Positions 28,371-44,202 of a stretch of DNA of 64,000 nt are shown here, in pieces (position 1 is the stretch's first letter; each line of letters begins with the position of its first letter). A program made the translations under genes and the position numbers. The notes beneath the pieces are model-generated. The model was given only the letters and a program-made list of their open reading frames with translations, ran no database searches and was not told the origin of the DNA. The DNA is from Piromyces finnis finn (Eukaryota; Fungi; Neocallimastigomycota), in contig MCFH01000007.1 in the NCBI GenBank assembly GCA_002104945.1, positions 248,001 through 312,000 of the forward strand, in the 5' to 3' direction.

Positions 28371-28809
28371 GCAATTAAATTATATATAATTTAATAAGTT
28401 ATATAAAAAAAACAAAGAAATAAAAAAATTAATTTATTATAGAGTAAAATTATAAAATTATAAGGTATTATTTAAAATTTAAATATAAATTTAAATAATA
28501 AATATAATTTTATATAAAAATTATAAATTGTAATATTATAATTTATATCAAAAAATATTAAAATAAATCAAAAATAAAATAAAAATATTTAAAATATTAT
28601 ATAGTTCCCAAAATTAATTATGAGATAGATTCTATGTATGGTGTGATTATGGTGTATTTTATATAAAAAATTTAATATTCAACGTACAATCATATATTAT
28701 TAATTTAAAATGAATTAAAATTAATAGTTTTTTATACATTATCCATAAAATTAAAAAATTTTAAAGGAAAAAAATTTCAAAATGAAAAATAATATAACAC
28801 AATTTAATA

Positions 28810-29236
28810 TTTTAACAAATGGAAAAACTCAAATTGTATTATCTCATACCTTGTCAATTACATCAAAGCTGCTAAATTTGTTGATCCAGTTTGTCCTAAC
28901 TACTGTCCATGTTGCAAGTGTGGTGTTCAAAGTATTAAACATTGGTTATTAGATTGTCCAACATTTAGAGATATCCGTATTAAACATTATGATTCCATAG
29001 TCCAGCTACTAAATTTTTTCAGTCAACGTAATTCCAACAGTCCTATCAATAATAATGAAAATGTTAATATCAGTAGAGATAGTAATAACATTAATAGTAA
29101 TAGTAACAATAGTAATGATAACAATAGTAATAACAATAGTAGTAATAGAAATAATAATATTAGTAATGATATTAGTAATGATAGCAATAGTGAAGATAAT
29201 AATTCTAATTTAGATAGTAATTTAGTTAATAATAGT
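28810..29236 (+). mobile_element. LINE fragment lacking its 3' end, carried inside the right arm
   Basis: Mirror of 16571-17000, including the same 264-bp deletion junction (caattacat/caaagctg). No 3' UTR or poly(A). Confidence 0.9.
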
Positions 29237-29566
29237 TTGATTACTCTAATGTAGTGATTGTTAATGTGTTATAATTATTATTTTTAGTAAAAAAATAATA
29301 AAATTAGTAATAATATAATAATAATGATCTTATTTCCCCTAGGGAATGTGTCTTCATTTATTTTAATAAAATGAAGTTTCTAAAAGGGCTCTACTCAAGC
29401 TAAAGTTGTTGAACCAGTTTGTCCTAATTACTGTACGTGTTGCAAGAGTGGAGATCAAAGTATTAAGTACTGATTATTAGATTGTCCAACATTTAGAGAT
29501 ATCCGTATTAAACATTACAATTCCATAGTCCAACTATTGAATTTTTTCAGTCAACGTAGTTCTAAT

Positions 29567-32500
29567 TATTTAATTAGAAGAGTAATACATTCTGTTGCTG
29601 TATTTTTTCTTTTATTCATGTATTCATGTAGTACTACTCTTCTCTTGTAAGAATCCAATGTAGTCAACTTTAGCATTTGCATTTTATTTTTATATTCATG
29701 TAGCTATTGTTGTATTATTTCTTGTAAGAGATTGATTCACTCTACTTCATGTAAAAATACTATTCACAAGCTTTCTGGTGTCGACATTCTTGATTTAAAT
29801 TTTTTTTACCAATTTAAATATTTAATGAAAAGTAAAGTCAAATAATTTTAGTGTCAAAAAGCGAATCGAATTTACTAACAACAAACCAAAACTAGAATTT
29901 TTAAAGAAAATTTACAACTAGAATTCAAAAAAAGGAAACTTTAAACAAAGCATCGTAACAATTTTTGTACTATCCAGTACTTTTAAGAAGAGAGAGACAG
30001 ATTTTTTTCCATATACGTTATATTTATAATTTTTATTAGTATTTATTTTATATTCAATATTTTTTAATTAGAATTAATTATCATGTCAGTCCTTTATATT
30101 AAAGATAAGAATTATATCAGACGTGGTACCCGGTCTTATGGTATCCCCTTAGATGATATTCGCTCCTTCTTTATCCGTGGTATTCGATCATGGTCAGTTA
30201 ATATGCTATGGGAAAAACTCGAGGTTATTCTAGAAGATGAATTTAATTCAGTTAATAGTGTTAAATATTTTCAGACTCTCAATGATTACTTTTTCTTAGT
30301 CAAGGTTCATGGTTCATCGAAAGATTGTATTAAAATCTTACACATGTTAAAGAAGAAACTTTCAGTTACCTCAATTTCCTTTTCAGCTCGTAGTAGAAGG
30401 AATCACAAATACACTTTTTCCACACTCAAACGTAAAATTATAGTTTCCAATAAACGTCAACAATCAATTCAACAATCAATTCAACAATCAGTTCAACAAT
30501 CTCATCAACAATCCGATCTTCAACAAGATCTTCAACAAGTTTCCCATCATGAAAATATTCCAGATCTACAGCAAACACAATTTCAATCTCAACACTCAAC
30601 AATTAATTCTAATAATTCTATCAAATCTGATAACAGTTCAATAGTTGATAGTTCTTCAGTTTCACAGCCATCTAGTAATAGTTCTTCTTATTCCTCTGAT
30701 GCATCATCCATTAATAATGATGACTTTAAAAATAGTAATAATAGCAACGATTCTTCCTCATCCAACAAGCCTGATACTTTTCTTTTTGTCTTAGTTGGAA
30801 CACCAATGGGTGGAATTACGAAAAGAGAGATAGTATTAGCTATTTCACAGCTATTTTCAAACCATTATTTTTATGTTTCCAAGAAACTGGTAATGGTTCT
30901 GGTTCGAATACAGATTATCCTTGTCGTGTTACTTTACGAAACTATAGACATTTTTTCAAGAAAGCTGATGAATCAATTCCTGGAATGAGAGGTTTATATT
31001 TAGGTTTTCACAATTCGTGTCAAGCCTCACTTGAAAACTTCTCTGGAAAGTATATTATTTCTATTTATACTTTTAGTCTCTGGAATAGATTCAAATGCTC
31101 GATTGGAAATATTTATATGCCTCATAGTCATCACAACATCTATGTTGATCATGCAAAGTTAGAAGTTCGCTTGTGGTTACAAACTCATTCATCCCATTCA
31201 TCGATTCTCGTTGGTGATTTTAATATGTTTAAAGTAAAATTATCCAACTGGTTATCAACTAATGGATTAGGAGATTGGGAAATTCTTCCTCTTAGAGGGT
31301 CTACTATCTCTTGGACTCGAGGTGATCAATCTTCCGACATTGACCATGCTCTTATCAATTCGAAGATGAAAGATCTTATTCACTCAGGATCATTTATAAA
31401 TAATTTTTATCCTGTATCAGACCATAAGCCACTTCTTATTAATGGTAAAATTATTCCTATGGAAGATTTTTCTAATGACTTTAATGTTCCTAAGAAAATT
31501 CTGAAATGGAATAGATTAAAATGTATTGAGGAAAAGGAATCTATTCTCAGTCATAATAAATTCCAAATTCTTTCAGCAAAATTCAACGATCCTAATGTTT
31601 CTACAGATGAACTTTCCAAAGAATTTACTTCAACTGCTTTTTCAATTGCAGACGAGCTCAGTATTACCTCAGCAAATAATGTTATAAAGTCTTCATTTCA
31701 TATTTCACAACAAATTTTTAATCTTCAAAAAATCGAAATGAAGTTGTATAAGAGATTTAAAAAAGAAAGAATTTATGATATAGATGAATTTATTAAAAGG
31801 GTTAAAATCTACCGTAAGCTCATCGATTACATCCACAAAAGATGTAATGAATTTAGGAAACAAGAATATCTTCGTTGGATTAAAACAGGATGTGAGTATA
31901 TGAAGAGTCATAATCCTAAGAAGGCCTGGAAATGGATCAAGAAAACTGCAAAAATTGGAAAAGATACTTTCTTTATTGCTCAACCAATTAAAAATAAAAA
32001 TGGAGAATTAGTTGTTGCTACGGAAGAACAACTAGAAGTGTGGCATGATCATTTCGAAAAGCTTGCATCAGATCCAAGTGGTGTAAGTCTTGATTTGGAG
32101 CATTGGTATGAAGAACCAACGAATAAACGTTTTTCACTTCCTATGCTTGATGAGTGGGATATCAACCAAGATGTTAGTATTGATGAAGTCAAGTCAGCTA
32201 TCCTCTCTACTCCAAATTATAAAGCATCAGGTCCGGATGGTATTCCAATTGAATTTTACAAAGCATTAATTCCATCAAGTAATGGTTCTAATAATGCTAC
32301 AGATAATAATTCTTCTGGCAATACCACTTCAGATAATGATGCTCATGGTTTAAATTTTATTCTTAAATTATTCAACCGTATTTGGGATGGAGACTTTCCC
32401 AGCTCTTGGAATGAATCCAGTATTGTTTCTATTCCTAAGAAGGGAGATTTGACAGATTGTGATAACTATCGAGGTATATCACTTATCAATAATGGTATTA

Positions 32501-34890
32501 AATTGATTTCCAAAATTGTCACCACTAGAATCTCAGAATATGGTCTTGAGAATAGTTTCATTGTTTCATTAGACCTGAACAATTTGGTTTTCGAAAAAAG
32601 GAAGAAAGTATTAGTCTTTTCATTTCAATCCAAGAAATATGCCGTAGACGTCAATTAGATAATAAAGAGGCATATTTGGCCTTTTTAGATCTCAGGAAAG
32701 CATACGATTCAGTCCCAATTGGTAATATTCTCCATAAATTAGATTGTTTAGGAATCCGAGGTAAGAGTTTACAATTTATCAAAAATTTATATTTAACATC
32801 TAAGGCTAATGTCAAATTAGATGGACAATTCTCGAAATCTTTTGATGTGAAGAAAGGAGTCCGTCAAGGATGCCCACTTTCTCCTATTCTCTTTAATCTC
32901 TTTATTAATGATATATTTAAAGAGTGCGAAGATCTTGGAGTCAGTTTAGGTGACACTCGATGCTGTGGTGGACTTTTTGCAGATGATATAGTTATTTGTG
33001 CTCCAACAAGAGGATGCTTAAAAAAGATGTTTAGAAGAGTTAATGAATGGGCATTGTATAATAAAATGGAATTTGGTATTCAGAAATGTTCAACGATGGT
33101 GATTCGTCCTGAATCAATAGAAAATCAGAACAAGAGAGATCCAACATTTTACTTAGCAGGACAACCCATTCCAACTACTGATTGCTATACTTATCTTGGT
33201 GTTCCATTTGATAAGAATTTGTCCCTTAAACCAGTAATTAAAGCTCTTAATAGCAAGGTTTTGAAAGGACTTTTCTCAGTTAGTAAATTCTTAAGAAATC
33301 CTAATATTCCTATTCCTTTCAAAAAGCTAGTACTTAACTCACAAGTGATTAGCAGAGTTTCATACTTTGCACCATTACTTGGATCCAACAAAGCTAGGTC
33401 TAGGATTGCTCAGAAGCATGTTAACAAAGGAATACGATGGGTTGCGGAAGTTCATAAAGCTGTATCGTTTATATCTTTATATTCTATCTCAAAAGATTTG
33501 AATATTCCTCCATTGTCAGCCAAATGTGCGTTAGCTCAGGTTAGATGTTTTAACAAATGGAAAAACTCGAATTGTATTATCTCACACCTTGTCAATTACA
33601 TTCATAAATTTAGAAAATACACATGGTGCAAATCAAGTAGGACACTTGATAAAAAATTAAAGAAACATGGAGATGTTAAAACAGTTAAAAATTTTTATTG
33701 GAAAGATCTCAAAGGGAATTCAATCAAAGCGCAATATTATGATGATAATAAATTTATTGAAACTAAAGATTTTATCAAATTATGTTATGAATACTCAGAG
33801 TTTGCCTATGGCTTCTACTGGCTATTGAAAGCAAGAAGCGGATACAAGTTGGATGCTAGAGTTGCCAAAGCTGCTAACTTTGTTGATCCAGTTTGTCCTA
33901 ACTACTGTCCATGTTGCAAGAGTGGTGTTCAAAGTATTAAACATTGGTTATTAGATTGTCCAACATTTAGAGATATCCGTATTAAACATTATGATTCCAT
34001 AGTCAAGCTATTAAATTTTTTCAGTCAACGTAATTCCAACAGTCCTATCAATAATAATGAAAATGTTAATATCAGTAGAGATAGCAATAACAGTAATAGT
34101 AATAGTAACAATAGTAGTAATAATAATAACAATAGTAATAGTAACAATAGTAATAATAACAATAATAATAATAACAATAATAGTAGTAGAAATAATAATA
34201 TTAGTAATGATATTAGTAATGATAGCAATAGTGAAGATAATAATTCTAATTTAGATAGTAATTTAGTTAATAATAGTAATAGTTCTAATAATCCGGTGAA
34301 TATTAATATGTATGATTATTCTAGTGTGTGCAGTAAAATATTTAAATTCCTTCTTGGGGGAAGAAGTTTTAACAATATCAATTACAATTCAAGGGAATGG
34401 AAAGAACTTTGCAAGTGTCAGATTCAATCTGGTACTAATGAAGGAACACCATTCTTGACGGTAACCGCGGAACTTCTAACCAAAATCATGCCTTTTGATA
34501 TTGGCCAGCAATGGTCAATGTTCAAAAGGTTTGAAGCAACATCCAAGAGCGTCAATGTTGAAGAAACAGTAAGACAGGCCAGGAGGGCCAGCGCAACCAA
34601 TGGAGATCATAATTTTGTCCCATGATAAAATTTTGATCTTTGACTCGGTGTCCCATTGGAAGTCAAATACAATTATTATACTTTAGTATAATAGTGGCTT
34701 TCTTATTTTAATTAAAATTACTAGAATACATTATACCCAATTTTTATTCATTTGTGTTTATTTAAACATATTTTTTTTATTTTTATTTTTTATTTTTAAT
34801 TTTTTTATTACATGTATTTTAATTTTAATTAAATTAATAATAAAGTTTTAAATATTTGATGCCGTTAAAAAAAAAAAAAAAAAAAAAAAA
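29567..34890 (+). mobile_element. Full-length APE-type non-LTR retrotransposon (LINE), 5324 bp, A24 tail, 12-bp TSD CGTAGTTCTAAT
   Basis: TSD at 29555-29566 and 34891-34902. APE motifs SWNTNG, FQET, LVGDFN, IDH, SDHKP. RT motifs KGD..CDNYRGISL, EQFGFR, FLDLRKAYDSV, GVRQGCPLSP, FADD, YLG. CCHC knuckle CPCC..SIKHWLLDC. Confidence 0.95.
30083..34625 (+). pseudogene. LINE polyprotein (N-terminal domain, APE, RT, CCHC, Asn-rich) interrupted by two frameshifts
   Basis: Track ORFs 30083-30988, 30985-32658 and 32676-34625. Adding 1 T at about 30778-30781 and removing the 8-bp duplication at 32555-32570 gives one 1511-aa frame. Confidence 0.8.
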
Positions 34891-35449
34891 CGTAGTTCTA
34901 ATAGTACTATCAATAATAATGAAAATGTTTATATCAGTAGAGATAGCAATAATATTAATAGTAATAGTAACAATAATAATAGTAAATAATATTAATAATA
35001 AAAATGAAAATATTTTTAAAATTAAAAAATCAATTAATTTAAACATTGAATTAAAAACCGATGATATGTTAATAATGAAAATGATAATAATAATAATGTC
35101 AATATAAATATTCAAACACTGATGGATGAAAATAAATTTAAATCAAGTTCAAAAAGAAAATGTTTAATTATCAATGAAATCAATTTTTTAAAACAATGTG
35201 ATTCAAAATATTATAATATAATTATTAAATTTGTTCTCTTCCTAATATATAAAAAAATAATACAATCATTCCATCCACTAAAAGAAAATACTTAGATTTT
35301 TATAATAATTCATTATTTACTGAAGAAAAAAAAATAAAATAATAATTATGAAATTAACAATATACCATTAAAGAGACATAATTGTACTTTATTAAAAAAT
35401 CTAAAAAAAATTAATTTTAGTAAAAATGATATTGATAATCGTATGTATA

Positions 35450-36500
35450 ATAATATTATTAATACTCCATCTTCTTATACAAGACAAATAATGATAAATG
35501 GATTACGGAAATCACAATTTGGTAAAACTCCAATTACTACAAACTGGATATTTATCATTATTTAAGATATTTATGGAAATATTGATGCATATAAATTAAT
35601 ATTTGTTGTTCGTGGCTTTAATCAAAGTCAAGATACTGGTTATGATCCAACTTTTTCCTTTACCCTAAACTTAGATAGCCTCAAATTAATTAATTTTGGG
35701 TCATATTTTTAAAACTTCAGTATATACACTATCATTTCTCCTGGTAATTCATAACATGGTGATGATTATTGACTTAATAAAACCTTTTATATGTAATGAC
35801 TCAAAACATTTTGGCTTCCTGAAAATCTTTTCTAAAAAATATTAAATTTATATAGTAGCAATTCGCAATTCGAATCTTATATTTTTATGAAAAGAGAGGG
35901 GAGTATATTATATATATTATTGGACTCTATGTAGACGATTTAATAATTTCGAGTTTGAACTATGAAATAAAGTGGATAATAAAAGAATAAAAAAAATATT
36001 GATGAGTCAAAATGTGAATCAATAACTTTTGAAAAGCATAAAACATATTCTATTTCACTATAACAATTTATAAATAATATATTATCAAAATTTAATGTTA
36101 CAAATACTAAAGAGATACTTTTTTCACATGTAAAAATACTATAAATGAAAATAAAACTCATTTTATAAAACAATATACGAAGATGTAATTAACTCATTAA
36201 TTTATTTGGCGAATTTCACATGATTTGCCGTATTACTTTAAGTAAGAAAAAAAAAAACAGAAATTTAGAAAATCCTACAATAAGTAACAAGTAACTGAAT
36301 AAGTATATTCTCTTTATTTAAGTATTTAAAAAAAAGCATTACAAAATCACCTATAAAAAATAGGTATAATTCAAGGACATTTTGATTTCGATTATAATTA
36401 TGGAAGAAATGAAATGATAAAAAATCAATGTCAGGAACAGAAATGTTATTTTTGTAGAACAAGTTATCTAGCAGTTTTTGACCTAAAATTTGTTTTTCAT
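35450..36500 (+). mobile_element. Decayed Ty1/copia RT-RNase H relic
   Basis: Translation from about 35536 gives TTNWIFIII*DIYGNIDAYKLIFVVRGFNQSQDTGYDPTFSFTLNLDSLKLI (copia consensus WVFxxKxDxxGxIxxYKARLVARGFxQxxGxDYxxTFSP). Later: YSISL*QFINNILSKFN, INSLIYLA and KSMSG. Confidence 0.65.
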
Positions 36501-37221
36501 TGTTTACTATAAAACTTAATTTGTAAACTATATAATAATAATAATTTCATTATATATATATTTTAAATGAACTTAAATAATAAAACATGGTTTATTAAAA
36601 CTAATAATTTATTTATTTTATTTTATTTTATTTTTTCTTTTTCTTTTTCTTTTTATTTTGTTTTATATTATTAGATAAAAGATAATTTTCTTGTTAATAC
36701 AGGCTATAATTTAATTAAAACAAATATTCTAATTGGTTAATTGTAATAATTAAATTACATGATACATTTAGTTTAATTAAAATTATGAATTACTGTTAAT
36801 TATAACTATAATAAATAATATTTAGTATTTTATTTTATTTTAATTTTATATAATATAAATTATAAATAATTGAAAAAGTTAGGATCTTTATATTTTTTAT
36901 TAATGAACATTATTTTTATATTATTAATTTAACATAACCTATAATATTATATAATTCTAATTACATATACAATAAAAAATTTTTTTAATTATTTTAATTA
37001 TAATAAAATTTTTTTTATTTGTAAATTTGTAAATGAAAAAAATAAAATAAAATAAAATTTTAAAATATATTATTATTAATATGTTAATAAAATAAATGAA
37101 AGAAATTACATTTTAATATATAATTTATTCTTCAGAAATAATAAATTAATTTTAGAAAATAGAATATTATATAATCTTTCCTTTTCTTTAACCTAATTTT
37201 TTAATAATATCGATAATAAAA

Positions 37222-40680
<3,459 letters not shown>

Positions 40681-41276
40681 ATAAAAATATTTTAATATCT
40701 GACTTAAAATTATTTAAATAGTAAAAAAAAAAAAAACATAGAAATTACCACCAAAATAATATTAAAATAAAAAAAATAAAGGAAGCCAAAAATATATAAA
40801 TAATAAAGTTTTTAGAAATAGATTAGTTAAATTAAAAAATTATAATAATAAATATATATACATATAATAAATTATATTGCTTATTAAAAAAACAAAATAA
40901 AACAAAACAAAATAAAATTATATATAAAATATAATAAATTTTTCTTAAATGAAATTTAGTAAATAAAATTTATCATATGTAAAATAACCAAAGTCTTCAA
41001 TTATAATATGTTTTTAATATTTTATTTTTCAATTAAAAAAGAAAAGGGCAAAGAAATAAAATATTTCTTTTTTTTTTTTTTTATTAAGTTTAAAAAAAAA
41101 AAAAAAGTTATTTTAATTTATTATTGAATTATTATTATTAGGTATAAATAATTATGAATTTTTTTTTATCTTTTATCATCTATATGCAGTATTTAAAATA
41201 ACTTATTCTATAAAATTAAAAAAAAAAATTTTTTTTCTTTATAAAAGAAATTGTCTATATAAATAAATTAGATAAT

Positions 41277-43494
41277 TTAATCATCAAAAGTAACATGAGT
41301 ACTTTTAGCGTTTGGATCAATATCACGGAAGAAAGCACCATAGATTTTATGTTCCTTCTTCTTAACTGTACCACCAAAGTTTCTTAAAGCTTTTTTTTTG
41401 ATAGATAATAAAATTATTAATAATTATATTATAAAAAAATTTTTTTTTTAAAATTATTTATAATTATAAATTTTAAATTATTTATTTTTACCTTCTGGTA
41501 CTTCTTGTTTTGCGTCACGAAGAACGTTTGAAAGTTCACCTGCATGAGCTTTATCATATTGAGTAAATAAAGTATGACTTACACCACTAGAACCAGCTAT
41601 ATATATTTATATATTTTAATTTTTTAATTTTAATTAGTTTTGTTTCTACTTTTTAATTTTTTTAAATGTTATTTATAAATAAGAATTCATAATAATTCAT
41701 TAATACTTTACCTCTACCAGTACGACCAATACGGTGAATGTAATCTTCAATAGTTAATGGGAAAGTGTAGTTTAGAACGTATTCAACATTTGGAATATCT
41801 AATCCACGAGCAGCAACATCAGTAGCAATAAGTAAAGGACAAGAACCACTCTTGAAATTATTTAAAGCTTGAATACGTTGATCTTGTGACTTGTCACCAT
41901 GAATACTAGCAACATTATAACCACGACGTTGTAAGAAGTTTTCAAGACGAACAGCTTCTTTTTTATATAATGCAAAAACAAGAACACGATTATTTCTAGT
42001 TTTATGGTATTTCTTTAATAATTCAATTAATCTAAATTCTTTTTGTTTTGGATCAATAACTTCTACAATTTGCTTAATATTTTCATTAGCATGTAATTCT
42101 GCAGAACCAATTGTTATATGAATTGGATTCTATTTTAAGTTCATATAAATTATTTATAAAAAATATAATTAAAATTATAATTAATATTATAGATTTAAAC
42201 ATTAAAAATTCTTATTTTTTTATATATACCTTTAAAAATTCATGAGCTAATTTTTGAATAACTTGTGGCCATGTAGCAGAGAACATAACAGTTTGACGAT
42301 CACTTCTTGTATTTGAAATAATGTTTCTAATATCCTATTATATTAGATTGTTAAAAAATTATTTTTTAGTATTTCATAACAAAATTTTTAATTTTTCTAA
42401 AATTTAAATTTTATAAAATTTACTTGTTCAAAACCATTATCGAGCATACGATCAGCTTCATCCAAAACTAATAAATTAACATTACTGATATCGCAAGCAC
42501 CTTCATTAATTAAATCTAATAATCTACCTGGAGTAGCAATTAAAATATGAACATTTTTACGAAGAGCATTTTTTTGTTCAATCTTTGGAACACCACCATA
42601 TATACATAAACTTTTGATTCCTAATGGTTCACCAAATTCCTTAGCATTATCATAAGTTTGCATTGCTAATTCACGAGTTGGAGCAACAACTAATACTGAA
42701 ATCTTCTTTGATTTAAATGATTCTGGGTGATTATATTTTAAATGGATAAATGACTAATTCGAATATTAAATAATTAAATATATTAATAATTTAATTCATA
42801 AATATTATTTAAAAAATATAAATAACTTACAGGAACTAAGAAAGTTAATGTCTTTCCTGAACCAGTTTTAGCAATACTATTTATTTTTGTTTTAAAGAAA
42901 CAAATAATTAAATAATTTCATTATTAAAAATTGCTATTTTCAAAATATTAAAAACAATATATATATTTATTAGCTCTAGTTTTATATTTACCCAATACAA
43001 TCCCTTTTCTTCATAACAATTGGCCAACATGAAGATTGAATTGGTGTTGGTTTTTGGAAATTCTTTAAAACGTTTCTAATATCTTCTGGGAAGTTAGAAT
43101 GTTTGAATTCTAAAATTGGACGAATAATTTCATCACCCTTAAATTCAATATTATTCTTTTGCCAGAATTGATTTAATTCAGATTCAGATAAATTTGAAAT
43201 TTCTTCATGTTCTTGATAACTCCAAATACCATTATTTTCATTAGCAATTGTAGAAATTTCACTAGAAGGAATTTCTTTGGATTCTTCCTTTTCTTTCTTT
43301 TCCTTCTTTTCCTTCTTATGCTTCTTTTCTTTTTTTTCCTTTTTTTCTTTTTTGTGCTTTTTTTCTTTCTTTTCTTTCTTTAATTTTTTCTTTAATTGCT
43401 TAATTTCATCTTTTGACTTTTCTGCTTCATTAACTATTTCTAATTTTCTTTTTTTGGTTTCTTCAACAGCTTCTGTTTTTATTATACCTGGCAT
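41277..43494 (-). CDS. DBP3: DEAD-box RNA helicase Dbp3, multi-exon, with Lys/Glu-rich N-terminus
   Basis: [57 protein letters not shown], and the Dbp3-type tail [20 protein letters not shown]. Confidence 0.92.
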
Positions 43495-44202
43495 TTTGAA
43501 ATGATTTTTTAATTTATTTATATGTTTATATTAAAAGATAAATAAATTTTATAATTTATATAATTTAGAAATATAAAAATTAACTTATTGATATATATAT
43601 TTTGATTTATATATATGCAAAAGCAATTAATCAATATTTTAAAATAATTTTGTGCAAAAAAAAAAAAAAAAAAAAAACTCAAATTCTAATTTAAAATATT
43701 AAAAAAATACTTATAACCAATCATCATTATTTAACAATTAAAAATTAAAAAAAAAAAATATGACACCAGTCAAATATAATATAATATAAATCTTTATAAA
43801 TATATAATTTTAATATTACAACTTTAATTTATAATAAATGAAAATTTCATTTACTAAATATCTAGGTTATAATAAAAAAAACGAACTGCTATTTAACAAA
43901 ATTTTTTTAAAATTAAAAATTGAATAATAATAATAATAATAAAAATTATTTATTAATATTTCTTATGAAAAATTTTTAATTATACTTTAATAAAGTTTTG
44001 AATATGTAAAATTTTAATTAAATAAATATTTATATTTTTGGAAAATTATCCTTTTTTTTTTCTTTAAAATAAAATTATTTTAATTATTTTGAATAGTAGT
44101 ATTATAGTTTTTATTATATTTGGCAAAACGTATAATAAAAGTAAAAATATATTCTATTTAGAATAATTATTATAACCTATATAAATAAAAAACAATACCA
44201 TA

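Larger units (their letters stand above)
25941..29236. repeat. Right arm of large inverted repeat (pairs with 16571-19869)
   Basis: Reverse complement of the left arm. By eye I found only one substitution and one 3-bp indel, both in the outer AAT-rich end. Confidence 0.95.
29385..35000 (+). mobile_element. Older LINE copy (about 29385-29566 plus 34891-35000) split by the full-length insertion
   Basis: ...tcagtcaacgtagttctaat | agtactatcaataataatgaaaatg rejoins into continuous LINE sequence matching the subfamily copy at 52150-52240. Confidence 0.85.

Noticed and set aside
30985-30988. ATGA stop-start overlap as a reinitiation signal for LINE ORF2
   Set aside because: Starting there would omit the essential APE motifs SWNTNG and FQET, which lie upstream in the same frame.
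43715-43723. CCAAT box (AACCAATCA) in the divergent DBP3 / CBA1-like A intergenic region
   Set aside because: A single short motif, plausible by chance; no supporting data.
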